From assembly GCA_902773675.1 (NCBI GenBank), contig CACYFN010000008.1, positions 1 through 57,357 on the forward strand: 57,357 nucleotides of DNA, read 5' to 3'. Of this stretch, positions 1 to 10,734 are shown piece by piece. The first letter of the stretch is position 1; each line of letters begins with the position of its first letter. Below the pieces are notes generated by a model. That model ran no database searches. It was not told the origin of the DNA and worked only from the letters and a program-made list of their open reading frames with translations. The position numbers and the translations under genes were made by a program. The DNA comes from an uncultured Erysipelotrichaceae bacterium (GTDB lineage Bacteria > Bacillota_I > Bacilli_A > RF39 > UBA660).

Positions 1-1
1 T

Positions 2-223
2 GAAATGTATGATAGAGATACTATGTTTGAACATATGAAAAGAAAACAGTTAAATGATGCGATTAAAAATACTACTGAAGAGGTAACAAATAAAGTTACG
101 AAAGAAGTAACAAAGGATATAGCTATTAATATGATAAAAAAAGGTATAGATATTGATATTATTGCTGATACAACTGGTTTAATTATTGATGAAGTAAATG
201 AACTAAAGAAAGATCTTAATTAA
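2..223 (+). CDS. C-terminal part of Rpn-family (PD-(D/E)XK nuclease/transposase-like) protein, probably 5'-truncated by window edge
   Basis: Frame open from base 2; short EVTNKVTKEVTK repeats then IAINMIKKGIDIDIIADTTGL..EVNELK, the typical Rpn C-terminal tail. Confidence 0.65.
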   Translation, partial: EMYDRDTMFEHMKRKQLNDAIKNTTEEVTNKVTKEVTKDIAINMIKKGIDIDIIADTTGLIIDEVNELKKDLN

Positions 224-337
224 TTATAAGGGTACTAGTAAAAAACTATAAATAGATTACGTTAAATATGTAATCTTTTTCTTTATATTTCTATCATTGA
301 AAAATATGAAATAATTTGCTAAAATAGTTTTAATGAA

Positions 338-1954
338 ATGGAAGTTGATTTTATGAAAACTTTATCTTTATTAAGAGCTGTTTTATCACAGGATATGAAT
401 TTATTTAAATTTAAAGCTAAATCTAATTCAAGTAAATATAATAAAATATTATTACCAATTATTTTATTTATAATAGTAAGTTTTAGTTTAGGAACTATTA
501 TATTTAATTTTATGGAAGAACTTGCAAAATATAATTTAAATAATATTGCTATTTGTATGGTACTTGCTCTTATTACTGTTATAACATTTGTAGAAGGTAT
601 TTTTAAATCACAAAGTATTTTATTTGATTGTAAGGATAATGAGTTATTATTTTCATTACCTATAAAAAGAAGAACTATTTTGTTTATAAGAATTGTTAAA
701 CTATTAATATTTGAATATTTATTTAATTTAATGTTTTTACTTCCTACTTATGTTGTTTATATTTATTTTGAACATCCGGGTATTAATTTTTATATACTTT
801 CTATATTAATGATGATATTAGTTCCTATTATTCCTACTATTATTGCATGTTTTATTGGTTATATTATAAAATTAATTACTAGTAAGATGAAGTTTAAAAG
901 ATTTATTCAAGTTATTTTAACTACTTCTTTTATAATGGTTTATTTATATATTACTTTTAATATGGATAAATTTATGGATGGTATAGTTAAAAATGCTACT
1001 AGTATTAATGATATCATTACTAAGATATATTATCCTATTGGTACTTATATTTCTTTATTAGATAAATTTGATATTGTAAATTTTATAGGTTTATTATTAA
1101 TTAATTTTATACCATTTTTAATATTTATATTAATAGGTCAGTTGTTTTATTTTAAAATTATATCTGATTCTGCAAATAATAAAAATATTAAGAAAAGAAG
1201 TAAAAAAATTAATATAAGACAAAATAGTCCTATTATATCTTTAGTAAAAAAAGAAATTAAAAGATATTCTTATTCAGCAGTTTTTATGTTTAATACTTCT
1301 TTTGGATTAATAATTGGTTCAATAATGACTTTAGTATTATGTATAAAAGGAAAAAGTATGCTTTTAGGAATGCTTTCTAATTTTGGTATTGTTGGTAATG
1401 TAGGATTGAATATTTTGTTTTATGGTATTATCTTATTTGCTCTTTGTTCTACTTCAATTTCTTCTTCTAGTATTTCTTTAGAAGGAAAAACTATTAATAT
1501 TACTAAGTCTTTACCAATTGATTATAAGGATATATTTAAATCTAAAATACTAATGTGTTTTATTATTGAAGCTCCATTTGCTTTAGTATCTTGTTTACTA
1601 TTTATAATTTTTTATCATGTTTCAATTATATTTATTTTAGAGTTATTATTTTTAATTGTTATGATTATTTTATTTAATTCAGTTATAGGTTTATTAGTTA
1701 ATTTAAAGTATCCTAAATTAGATTGTAATAATGATACTGAAGTTGTTAAACAAAGTATGAGTTCTTTAATTTCTACTTTTATTGGTTTTGGATTTTTTAT
1801 TATAACTATTGTATTGGTGGTTTTATTGAATAAATATTTTGATTTATTTATTATAGTTGGTGTTTATTTGTTTATATTATTAATTATTAATATTATTTTA
1901 TATAATATTCTTATGAAAAAAGGACCAATAAGGTATCAAAATTTAAATGTTTAA
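338..1954 (+). CDS. ABC transporter permease (putative ABC-2 type)
   Basis: 538 aa, many hydrophobic helices, D.ELLFSLPI and SISLEGK.I.I.KSLPI motifs in the two halves. Confidence 0.8.
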   Translation: MEVDFMKTLSLLRAVLSQDMNLFKFKAKSNSSKYNKILLPIILFIIVSFSLGTIIFNFMEELAKYNLNNIAICMVLALITVITFVEGIFKSQSILFDCKDNELLFSLPIKRRTILFIRIVKLLIFEYLFNLMFLLPTYVVYIYFEHPGINFYILSILMMILVPIIPTIIACFIGYIIKLITSKMKFKRFIQVILTTSFIMVYLYITFNMDKFMDGIVKNATSINDIITKIYYPIGTYISLLDKFDIVNFIGLLLINFIPFLIFILIGQLFYFKIISDSANNKNIKKRSKKINIRQNSPIISLVKKEIKRYSYSAVFMFNTSFGLIIGSIMTLVLCIKGKSMLLGMLSNFGIVGNVGLNILFYGIILFALCSTSISSSSISLEGKTINITKSLPIDYKDIFKSKILMCFIIEAPFALVSCLLFIIFYHVSIIFILELLFLIVMIILFNSVIGLLVNLKYPKLDCNNDTEVVKQSMSSLISTFIGFGFFIITIVLVVLLNKYFDLFIIVGVYLFILLIINIILYNILMKKGPIRYQNLNV

Positions 1955-1963
1955 GGAGTATAT

Positions 1964-2521
1964 ATGAAGTGTTTAAATTGTAATAATGAAATAAATGTTA
2001 ATAGTAATTTTTGTGAATTTTGTGGTAGTAAGGTAGAAAAAAATAAACAAGTAAATTTATTTTGTACTAATTGTGGTAGTAAAATAGATGGTGGTAATTT
2101 TTGTAGTAAATGTGGTACTAAGGTTTCAAATAATGAAATGGTAAATGATAGTAATGCTATAAATAACAATGTAAGTATTAATCAAGAAATAAATAATAAT
2201 AGTCAACAAGTGGTAAATCAAATTAGTAATGGTGATAAAAATATTATTCTTAATGTTATAAGGCAGAAGAAAACAATGGGTTTTGCAGTATCATTTACTG
2301 TTCATGTAGATGATGTAATTATTGGTAAACTTAAAAATGGTAGTACTATTTCTTGTAATATTAAACCAGGTCATCATGTAGTTAATATAGAATCAGTTGA
2401 AAAAAATACTATTCAAGAAATAGATGTAAGTGAAAATATGAGTAGTGTAGAAATAATAGTTGTAGCTAAAATGGGATTCGTTGCTGCTACAGCTAAACTA
2501 GTTGATGTAGTTTATAAATAA
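1964..2521 (+). CDS. Double zinc-ribbon domain protein
   Basis: Four CxxC pairs (CLNC, FCEFCG, FCTNCG, FCSKCG); RBS aaggag. Confidence 0.8.
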   Translation: MKCLNCNNEINVNSNFCEFCGSKVEKNKQVNLFCTNCGSKIDGGNFCSKCGTKVSNNEMVNDSNAINNNVSINQEINNNSQQVVNQISNGDKNIILNVIRQKKTMGFAVSFTVHVDDVIIGKLKNGSTISCNIKPGHHVVNIESVEKNTIQEIDVSENMSSVEIIVVAKMGFVAATAKLVDVVYK

Positions 2522-2535
2522 AAGATAAGATGTGA

Positions 2536-4332
2536 GTGTTTATGAAGTTAGATAAAAGAAAATTAATAATACTATTATTTCCTTTGTTAATTTTGTTGGT
2601 ATTTGAATATCCATATTATTGTTTTAATAGTTCAATAATTATTTCTTTATTAATAATATATAGTATTTATTTTATATTGTTATCTATTTTGAAAAAGGTT
2701 AAGATTGCTGTATTATTAATGGGTATTTTAATATTTTTTATGCAGATAATTAATATTGGAAAGATTCATTTTATTGGAGATCCACTTTATATGACGGATA
2801 TTTTTTATACTGGTGATATGAGTGAGATATTAAATTTAATTAAGGATGATTTAGGTAATACTGTTCTTATATTATTACCAAAAATACTTATTATATTATT
2901 AATTGTTATTTTAATTATTGTATTTAGTTATAAGATTAATATTATTGTTAAAAATAATAAGAAAAGGATTACTATTTTTAGTATAAGTTTTATTATTATG
3001 TTATTTTTATTTTTACCTATTAGTTTTAGTAATAAGTTTATTTTAAAAATATTTTATAGTGATGATAGTTATTTAAATAAAATTACTATTGATTCTGGTG
3101 ATGATTATTATAAGACTTATGGACATTTATCTGGTATGTATGGTAATTTACTGGAAACAAGGGTTTTTGAACCAGATAATTATGATAGAGATAATATTAC
3201 TAAAATAGTTCAAAATAGTAAAAAAGAAAGTGATAATACTTTTAGAAAACCTAATATTATTGTTATATTTTCAGAATCATTTTTTGATATTTCTAAGATT
3301 GATGAAGTTAAGTTTGATAAGGATATTACTTCTAATTATCATAGATTAAAGGAAGTTGGTTTATCTTTTGAAATGATTGCTCCTTTCTATGGAGGAATGT
3401 CGGCTAATGTTGAGTATGAGTTTTTAACTGGTGGTTCTACTAATTATTATAGTAGTTCTTATGTACCTTATATGGAACTTTATAATAGTGATAAGTATTA
3501 TAATGCTCCAAGTATTATTAGTGAACTTAGAAATAATGATTATTATACTAAGATTGTAGCTTATTATAGTCCAAAGTTATATAATTGTGGTAGAGTATAT
3601 AAATATATGGGTGTTGATGATGTAGATTTTATTACTGATGTAGATGATAAATATATTAAGGGACAATATGTATCTGATAAATATGTGGTTGATAATATTA
3701 TTAGTGAGTTAGAAAATAAGAAAGATGGTTCTTTATTTTATATGACTATGACTATGCAATCTCATATGCCTTATTTAATTAGTAAATATGATAATTATGA
3801 TATTGATATTGTTAGTTCTAGTTTAGATAGTAAATATAATGATAGTTTAAAGTCTTATGCACAGGGAATATATGATGCTGATATGGAATTGGGTAGATTA
3901 TATGATTATATTAATACTTTAGATGAAGATACTATTATTGTTTTTTATGGTGATCATTTACCTTATTTAGAAGCTTTTAATTATATGGATTACTTTAATA
4001 CTAGTGATGAAAAAACTAATATTTTAAGAAAGTATAATACGGAGAGTTTAATAGTAGCTAATTTTGATATTAGTAGTTTAAAGAAAGAAAATTTAAAATA
4101 TTTGGATGCTGATTTATTAAGTAGTTATATAATAAATCATATGAATATAGTTGTTAGTGATTATTATAGATGGTTATATAGTACAAGAAATATTATTGGT
4201 GCTTCTAATAGATATATAACTATTGATCAAGATGATTATATTCATTATACTAATAAGTTAAGTGGTAAACAGAGTGAATTAAATAATTTAAGGCGTAATG
4301 TTCAATATAGATATTTTCATGATATAAAGTAA
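2536..4332 (+). CDS. LTA synthase / sulfatase-family membrane protein
   Basis: N-terminal TM helices; KPNIIVIFSESF, GGMSANVEYEFLTG, TMQSHMPY, FYGDHLP motifs. Confidence 0.85.
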   Translation: MFMKLDKRKLIILLFPLLILLVFEYPYYCFNSSIIISLLIIYSIYFILLSILKKVKIAVLLMGILIFFMQIINIGKIHFIGDPLYMTDIFYTGDMSEILNLIKDDLGNTVLILLPKILIILLIVILIIVFSYKINIIVKNNKKRITIFSISFIIMLFLFLPISFSNKFILKIFYSDDSYLNKITIDSGDDYYKTYGHLSGMYGNLLETRVFEPDNYDRDNITKIVQNSKKESDNTFRKPNIIVIFSESFFDISKIDEVKFDKDITSNYHRLKEVGLSFEMIAPFYGGMSANVEYEFLTGGSTNYYSSSYVPYMELYNSDKYYNAPSIISELRNNDYYTKIVAYYSPKLYNCGRVYKYMGVDDVDFITDVDDKYIKGQYVSDKYVVDNIISELENKKDGSLFYMTMTMQSHMPYLISKYDNYDIDIVSSSLDSKYNDSLKSYAQGIYDADMELGRLYDYINTLDEDTIIVFYGDHLPYLEAFNYMDYFNTSDEKTNILRKYNTESLIVANFDISSLKKENLKYLDADLLSSYIINHMNIVVSDYYRWLYSTRNIIGASNRYITIDQDDYIHYTNKLSGKQSELNNLRRNVQYRYFHDIK

Positions 4333-4494
4333 GTAGATTTTTCTACTTATTTTAATGGAATATAATTTATTATACTTTACATTGTATATTATTTTCAGAA
4401 TATTTATTTATAGTAATTAATGACTTAAAATGAATCTTAATTTATAATGATTGTAATGTAACATATAGCAAGTTACATTAGATAGGAGGAAGAT

Positions 4495-6315
4495 ATGAAA
4501 AAGAAATTATTAATTGCTGTTTTACTTTTAGCTGTTACTTTTTTAGGTATTAAAACTTCTAAGGTATTAGCTGAAAATGGTCCTTATCCAGGAAGTGCTG
4601 GAATGGCATTTTACAATACAGAAGATAATACTGAGACAATTCTTTTTAGTGCTGGTACTGTATTCAATGATGCTTTTAAAGGTGCTACTTATGATAAAGA
4701 TTCAAATACTTTAACTCTTGATAATGTTAAAACTGCTTTATCTTTAGAGTATGCAGGTATGGGGGATGATTTTAAAATCAATTTAGTTGGTGACAATGAA
4801 ATTGGTTATCTTTCAAGTTATTCTTATGGGTATGGAAGCAATATCAACATTGTAGGTAATGGTTCACTTACTATTAACAAAAATAAAGCAATGGAAAGTG
4901 GTATATTCTTTAGTTCAAGTGGAGTTAAAGGTAAAATTACAGTTGCAAATACTGCTACATTAAAAGTTTATGGAAGTGAATTTGCTATTGGTGTTGAATA
5001 TTCAGAAGAATCTGATGGAAGTAAGGTTTTTGATTTTAAAAATGGACAAGATATTTCTGATAGTATTAAATCTAAAGAAATAACTATGCAAGATACCAAA
5101 TCATTTAGAGGAATATTACTTGTACCAAATTATAATAATTCTGTAGATAATTATACATTGGCTACTAAGGATGGAAAAAACTATGCTGTTTCTGTTTATA
5201 GTTCTTATTATGTTCAAAATCAGGTTGTTTTATATCATGAAGCAAGTAAAACATATTTTATGGATCCAACAAGTAGTAATGGTGCGTTTAATGAATCATA
5301 TGATTCTTTAGAAGCATTACAAGCTGCAGGATATACTCTTACAGATACTCAAATTACTATTGCACGTTATACTTCATTATATGGGGCAGTTGCTGCTGAT
5401 CAAAATGGAAAAGAGTATGCATATTATACAACTAATTATAATGGTACTCAATTATATTATGTTTGTGATATAACTAATGATACTGTTACTTTAGCTGATG
5501 GTAATCAATATGCTCTTGCAATCTATAATGAAGATATAGATTTTAATACTTTGACTCCAGTTGTTGAAAATAGGAGTGAAGGGTATGAACATATTGTAAA
5601 TTTAAAAGAATTAGAGATTTTACCTGGTTCAAGTAGTTCAAGTGTAGAAGAAGCAGTAAGTGCATCTGATAATAAATCAGATAATGATAAAGCTGCAGCT
5701 AGTGCTGTTAATACTTTATTAGAAGCTGCTAAAAATGGTGAGGCTGTAGTTGGTATGTCTAAAGAATTAATTAGTGCTATTAATGAAGCTGTAGAAAATG
5801 GTGATGATGTAACAGTTGAATTAGATACTACTAAAATGGAACTTAAAGATGTATCTGATGAAGTAAAAGCTAAAGTAGAAGCTAAAATTAAAGAAGAAAA
5901 AACTTTAAAAGATTCTAATGTACTTGGATATTTTGATATTAATTTAGTTGTTAAAATTAATGGTGATGCATTAGATGAAAAAGTAACTGATTTAAAAGAA
6001 GAAATGGAAGTTAAATTAGATGTTAGTGAACTTGTTAAAAATTTACCTCAAGTTGCAAGTGGTAAAGTTAGACAATATAATGTTATAACTATCCATAATG
6101 GTGAAGTTAAAGTATTAAAAGGTACTTTAAATAGTGATAATACTTTATCATTTAAGACTAATGGTTTCTCTTCTTATGTTGTTACTTATACTGATGTAGA
6201 TGCTGATAGTGTTAATCCTAAAACATTAGATAATATTGGTAGTTATCTTGCTGTATTAGTTTTATCTATTATTGGATTTGCTGCAACTTTATATTTAAAG
6301 AAAAGACATAATTAA
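4495..6315 (+). CDS. Secreted cell-surface protein with C-terminal NPKT-TM-basic tail
   Basis: Signal peptide ending VLA; YDKDSNTLTLDN beta-repeat motif; C-terminal NPKTLD + hydrophobic helix + KKRHN. Confidence 0.75.
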   Translation: MKKKLLIAVLLLAVTFLGIKTSKVLAENGPYPGSAGMAFYNTEDNTETILFSAGTVFNDAFKGATYDKDSNTLTLDNVKTALSLEYAGMGDDFKINLVGDNEIGYLSSYSYGYGSNINIVGNGSLTINKNKAMESGIFFSSSGVKGKITVANTATLKVYGSEFAIGVEYSEESDGSKVFDFKNGQDISDSIKSKEITMQDTKSFRGILLVPNYNNSVDNYTLATKDGKNYAVSVYSSYYVQNQVVLYHEASKTYFMDPTSSNGAFNESYDSLEALQAAGYTLTDTQITIARYTSLYGAVAADQNGKEYAYYTTNYNGTQLYYVCDITNDTVTLADGNQYALAIYNEDIDFNTLTPVVENRSEGYEHIVNLKELEILPGSSSSSVEEAVSASDNKSDNDKAAASAVNTLLEAAKNGEAVVGMSKELISAINEAVENGDDVTVELDTTKMELKDVSDEVKAKVEAKIKEEKTLKDSNVLGYFDINLVVKINGDALDEKVTDLKEEMEVKLDVSELVKNLPQVASGKVRQYNVITIHNGEVKVLKGTLNSDNTLSFKTNGFSSYVVTYTDVDADSVNPKTLDNIGSYLAVLVLSIIGFAATLYLKKRHN

Positions 6316-6332
6316 TAATATTTAATTAAATT

Positions 6333-6363
6333 AAAGGATAGGTATACTTTATCTATCTTTTTT
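6333..6363 (+). terminator. Rho-independent terminator
   Basis: aaaggataggta-tactt-tatctatcttt hairpin then T run after the surface protein gene. Confidence 0.6.
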
Positions 6364-6388
6364 GCTATAATATTTTTGGTGATTTGAT

Positions 6389-6955
6389 ATGAATATTAAT
6401 GATTTATATAATATATTATTAAGTGATTATCCTAGTATTAAAATAAAATCTAATGAAAATGAAATATTTAAATTTATACCTGAACTTGAAAAGTGTAAAG
6501 GTTTTAATCAAAATAGTGATTGGCATATATATGATGTTTATGAACATATTTTACATGTTGTTGATTATGTAGATAGCGATATTGTTTTAAGATTAGCTGC
6601 TTTATTTCATGATATTGGAAAACCTTTAACTTATACGGAAGATTTAAATGGTATTGGACATTTTTATGGTCATTGGATTAAGTCACAAGATATATTTGAT
6701 TTATTTGCTTTAATTCATAATATTGATGATAATATTAGTTTTATGGTATCTAATCTAATTTTATATCATGATAAGAATATAGGTAAGTTAAATAATTATG
6801 ATTTAAATAGCTTATATAAGTTATTTGGCTCTAATGGTATAGAATTATTATTTAAGTTAAAAGAAGCTGATTTACTTGCTCAAAATAGCAAATATCACTC
6901 TTTATTAAATGATTATAATGATCAGAAAAGAAAAATATTTACAAGATGTAGATAA
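6389..6955 (+). CDS. HD-domain protein (resembles C-terminal HD part of CCA-adding enzymes)
   Basis: IPEL..C.GF.Q...H.YDVYEH, LAALFHDIGKP, HFYGH motifs. Confidence 0.8.
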   Translation: MNINDLYNILLSDYPSIKIKSNENEIFKFIPELEKCKGFNQNSDWHIYDVYEHILHVVDYVDSDIVLRLAALFHDIGKPLTYTEDLNGIGHFYGHWIKSQDIFDLFALIHNIDDNISFMVSNLILYHDKNIGKLNNYDLNSLYKLFGSNGIELLFKLKEADLLAQNSKYHSLLNDYNDQKRKIFTRCR

Positions 6956-6965
6956 TGAGGTTAAA

Positions 6966-7925
6966 ATGGAAATGTATGATTATTATAAAAATAATAAACA
7001 TGAAATGTATAAATTAATTGAAAATAGAAATTGTAGTATTGAATTAAAAAATATTAGAAATAGATTAATAGAAGAACAGATAAATATATTATTAGATTTA
7101 TGTTTAGATAAAGAAGTATATATATTAGGTCATAATAATCCTGATTGTGATTCTATTATTTCTAGTTATATACTTTCTAATATATTAAAATCATTTGATA
7201 TAAGTGCTCATTTTTGTATATTAGATTCTAATTATAATTATACTTTTCATGATAAAAAATTATTAGATGATAATTTTAAATATACACCTGATATAGTTTG
7301 TGATATTAATAAATATTTTATATTAGTTGATCATAATGATTTACAAGGAATATCTAAAGATAATGTAATAGGAGCTATTGATCATCATATTATTAAATAT
7401 GAAATTGATAATATTATTGAAGCAGAATATGCTTCTACTAGTTTATTAATATATGATTTATTTAAAAATAGATATAAATTTAATGATGAAGAAAAGTATT
7501 TGATAGGGCTTGCTACTTTATCAGATACAGAATATTTAACTAGTAGTAGGTTTACTAAGTATGATAAAATTTTATATGATGAATTAAATTTAGATATTGA
7601 TGTTAAAGAGTATCAAAGAAAGTATTTTATTACTACTGATTTTTCTAATAGTGTTGATGATAATTTTTTATTAAATAAAAAAGAGTATTTAAGAGATGGT
7701 AAAAAAATAGTTAGAGTTTTGATAACTAGTTATGATGATATTAAATTAGATGAATATATTAATAGAGCTAAGGAACTAGAATATTTATTAATATGGGTTA
7801 ATTATGAAGATAATACTACAACCATATATTATAATAATGATATTATAAAACTAAATTATATTTTATCTAGTACATATTTAGTTTTTAAATTATTAGAAGA
7901 TTATAAAATTAAGGAGAGAAAATGA
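6966..7925 (+). CDS. DHH-family phosphoesterase, Mn-dependent inorganic pyrophosphatase-like
   Basis: GHNNPDCDSI, LVDHN, IDHH, LSDT motifs; ATG 6966 follows gagg (ORF track starts at 6909). Confidence 0.75.
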   Translation: MEMYDYYKNNKHEMYKLIENRNCSIELKNIRNRLIEEQINILLDLCLDKEVYILGHNNPDCDSIISSYILSNILKSFDISAHFCILDSNYNYTFHDKKLLDDNFKYTPDIVCDINKYFILVDHNDLQGISKDNVIGAIDHHIIKYEIDNIIEAEYASTSLLIYDLFKNRYKFNDEEKYLIGLATLSDTEYLTSSRFTKYDKILYDELNLDIDVKEYQRKYFITTDFSNSVDDNFLLNKKEYLRDGKKIVRVLITSYDDIKLDEYINRAKELEYLLIWVNYEDNTTTIYYNNDIIKLNYILSSTYLVFKLLEDYKIKERK

Positions 7926-8548
7926 AAAAAAATAAATTAATTTTATTTGATTGGGGTAATATAGTTAGTTCCCATATGACTGGTTATACTGTTTATGATG
8001 CTTGGAATGATTTATTTAAAGCATGTGGATATGAGGGTAATAATAATATATTACCTGAAATGGGAAGATATAATATTTGTACTATTCCTAATATAAGTGA
8101 ATTTGAAAAAGTTTTTAATGAGATATCGAATGATTATAATTTTAATAAAAGCTATGATGAGTTTATTAAATTATATAGAGAAATATTTGATAAAATAGAT
8201 TATTATAAGGATGTAGCTAAATATGAAGTATCTTTAAATGATAGATGTTATATTGGAATACTATCTGATTTAACTTTATTTGATAAAGAAAGATTAGATA
8301 AGCAAGTAAGACTTTCTAATTATGATTATGTTTTTTTATCTTTTGAATTAGGTATGAAAAAGCCATTTATTGAAACATTTAAAATGGTTCAAAGTAAGTT
8401 ACCATTTAAATCAGATAATATTTTATTTATAGATGATAGAATTGATAATATTGAATCAGCTTCTAAAATAGGATGGAATGTATTTCATACTACGGGTTTA
8501 GAATTAGATAGAATTAAAGAAATATGTGAAGAGTTTTTAAAAGATTAG
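7922..8548 (+). CDS. HAD-superfamily hydrolase
   Basis: LFDWGNI motif I, GMKKP, LFIDDRIDNI.SA..IGW. Confidence 0.85.
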   Translation: MKKNKLILFDWGNIVSSHMTGYTVYDAWNDLFKACGYEGNNNILPEMGRYNICTIPNISEFEKVFNEISNDYNFNKSYDEFIKLYREIFDKIDYYKDVAKYEVSLNDRCYIGILSDLTLFDKERLDKQVRLSNYDYVFLSFELGMKKPFIETFKMVQSKLPFKSDNILFIDDRIDNIESASKIGWNVFHTTGLELDRIKEICEEFLKD

Positions 8549-8556
8549 GTGATTTT

Positions 8557-8961
8557 ATGAGAAGAATAATTATAGCTGGTAGTGCTTTCTTTTATAAGGA
8601 AGCTATAGAAATAAAAGAAGAATTAGAAAAAAGTGATTATGAAGTTATAGATTATCCTAAAAAGATAAATGATAATATTGAGATTGAATATAAGGAAGCA
8701 TATGAACGATTTTATAATAGTTTAAGTAAAACAGATGATTTATTACTTTTAAATTTAGATAAAAAAGGAATAGAAGGATATATTGGATATGAATCTTTTG
8801 CTGAATTAAGTTATTTAGTAGTTAAAAAGATTCAAGAAGATAGTAATCATAAAATATATATTTATAAAATGCCAAGTAAGGAAGTAGGGTGCTTTGATGA
8901 GATAATGCATTTTTTAGAACTTGGTTATATTGAATTATATAGAAAGAAGGAATTAAAATGA
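8557..8961 (+). CDS. Hypothetical protein, possible nucleoside 2-deoxyribosyltransferase-like fold
   Basis: IIIAGS start, D.LLLLN..K.GIEGYIG.ESFAELSY pattern. Confidence 0.45.
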   Translation: MRRIIIAGSAFFYKEAIEIKEELEKSDYEVIDYPKKINDNIEIEYKEAYERFYNSLSKTDDLLLLNLDKKGIEGYIGYESFAELSYLVVKKIQEDSNHKIYIYKMPSKEVGCFDEIMHFLELGYIELYRKKELK

Positions 8962-9293
8962 TAATACATTTAGATGAAGATATCTTTGAAGTTGTTAAAT
9001 ATGGTACAAAGACTGTGGAAGTTAGGGTAAATGATGAAAAAAGAAGAAAATTAAAAATAGGAGATAAAATTACCTTTTTAAAAAGACCTGATGATATTGA
9101 AAAAATGGATGCTATTATTGAAGATTTAGTTTATTATAAGGATTTTTTTGAGTTAGTTAAGGATTATACAATGGATGAATTATATTTAAAGGATTATTCT
9201 AAGGAAGATTTTATTAATTTACTTAAAAGATTTTATTCTGATGAAGAAGTTAGTAAATATGGTGTTGTTGCTATTAAGTTTAAAATAATATAA
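8958..9293 (+). CDS. ASCH domain protein
   Basis: F..VKYGTKTVEVRVNDEKRRKLKIGDKITF ... KYGVVAI. Confidence 0.85.
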   Translation: MIIHLDEDIFEVVKYGTKTVEVRVNDEKRRKLKIGDKITFLKRPDDIEKMDAIIEDLVYYKDFFELVKDYTMDELYLKDYSKEDFINLLKRFYSDEEVSKYGVVAIKFKII

Positions 9294-9307
9294 AAGGTAG
9301 TATTTTT

Positions 9308-9556
9308 ATGGATAATAATGATTATATTAAACGTGAGAAATTAATAATGGATATGGAATATTCCATTATTACAAATTATATAAAGTTAAGAAAAGAATCA
9401 CATATGTCACAAGAAAAATTAGCTAAGGAAACTAATGTAATTAGAACAACTATAGCTCGAATAGAAAAAAATATGAATTCACCACAACTTAAAACAATGT
9501 TAGAACTTTTAGAACCTTTAGGTTATACACTTGATATTGTACCAATAAAAAAATAA
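9308..9556 (+). CDS. XRE-family helix-turn-helix regulator
   Basis: LRKESHMSQEKLAKETNVIRTTIARIEKNMNSPQLKT. Confidence 0.85.
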   Translation: MDNNDYIKREKLIMDMEYSIITNYIKLRKESHMSQEKLAKETNVIRTTIARIEKNMNSPQLKTMLELLEPLGYTLDIVPIKK

Positions 9557-9574
9557 AAATTTATTTTAAATTAC

Positions 9575-9609
9575 TTGAGATATTGTATCACATATGATAC
9601 AATGTTTTT
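9575..9609 (+). promoter_or_regulatory. sigmaA promoter overlapped by palindromic operator
   Basis: TTGAGA(9575)-17 bp-TACAAT(9598) with extended TG; perfect inverted repeat ATTGTATCA-cata-TGATACAAT 9582-9603. Confidence 0.65.
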
Positions 9610-9621
9610 GGGTGATACAAA

Positions 9622-10059
9622 ATGATTAATAAAGTTAAAAGTGTAAAAGAAATAAGAAAATTGATTGATAAGGTTATATTACCTGGATATACTTATAAGA
9701 CAAATTTTAGTTGTGCTGAATATTTAATTGAAATTAATTTTAGATTAATAATAAAAGCTAATCTAATTAAGAAAGCTGATAAAATGATTTATGAATTTGT
9801 TTTAGATACACAATTTTTAAATGAAAATATGATTTCTTATGAAGAATTAAAAATGGTAATGGATATTATAGAAATACTTGAAGATAATAGAAATTTTACT
9901 TTGTTACGACTGAAAAAATATACTGTTTTAGAATATGAAAAAGAACAAGAAGAAAGAGAAAAAAAGAGTGAAATGATGTTAGAAGCATTGAAAAGTATGT
10001 TTATGAAAAGACTTGAAGTTAATATTAGACAAGAAGAGGAGGAAATTAATATTAAATAA
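9622..10059 (+). CDS. Hypothetical protein
   Basis: 145 aa ORF with ggtga RBS; no recognised motif. Confidence 0.6.
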   Translation: MINKVKSVKEIRKLIDKVILPGYTYKTNFSCAEYLIEINFRLIIKANLIKKADKMIYEFVLDTQFLNENMISYEELKMVMDIIEILEDNRNFTLLRLKKYTVLEYEKEQEEREKKSEMMLEALKSMFMKRLEVNIRQEEEEINIK

Positions 10060-10734
10060 TATTGAAAAATATAATGAGAATACTTTTGAAAGTATAAAAT
10101 AATTTGATGAATATGGTAATGAATTTTGGAGTGCTAGAGATTTGCAGAAAGTTTTAGAATATAAAGATTGGAGAAACTTTAAAAAAGTAATAGATAAAGC
10201 AATAGAATCTGCAAATAATAGTGTTTCAGAAAAAAAAGTTTGGGTTGTTGAAGTCAACAAGCCTATAAAAACTGGAAAAGGTAAAGAAGAATTTATTATA
10301 GATTATAAATTGTCAAGATACATATGTTATTTAATTGTACAAAATGCAGATCCAAGTAAAGAAGTTGTTGCATTAGGACAAACCTATTTTGCTGTTCAAA
10401 CTAGAAAACAAGAAATAACTTTAGAAGAATATGAATCATTATCAGATGATGATAAGAGATTGTATCAAAGAAACTTAATTAGACAAGGTAATTATACTCT
10501 TCAACATGTTGCAGCTAATGCTGGTGTTAGAAATATGGCTTAATTTCATAATGCTGGGTATAGAGATTAACGGCTGATGATATTTTTAAAAGAAAGAAAC
10601 TTCGCTATAGAGAAGATATATTAGATAATATGTGTGAGGATGAATTAGTTGCAAATTTATTTAGAATAAATCAAACAAACCAAAAACTTGAAAGAGAAAA
10701 GAGGCAATTGGATCAAAATGTAAAAGTGATTTGA
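10049..10734 (+). pseudogene. dinD: DNA-damage-inducible protein D (DinD family) pseudogene
   Basis: FESIK*FDEYGNEFWSARDLQKVLEY, YKLSRYICYLIVQNADPSKEVVALGQTYFAVQTRKQE, MA*FHNAGY, then frameshifted TADDIFKRK..YREDILDNM..ELVANLFR; stops at 10100 and 10541; ATA in place of a start after gaggagg. Confidence 0.85.

Noticed and set aside
2-223. Rpn-like protein as the array's recombinase
   Set aside because: 13 kb away, only the C-terminus is visible, and nothing links it to the junction motif.
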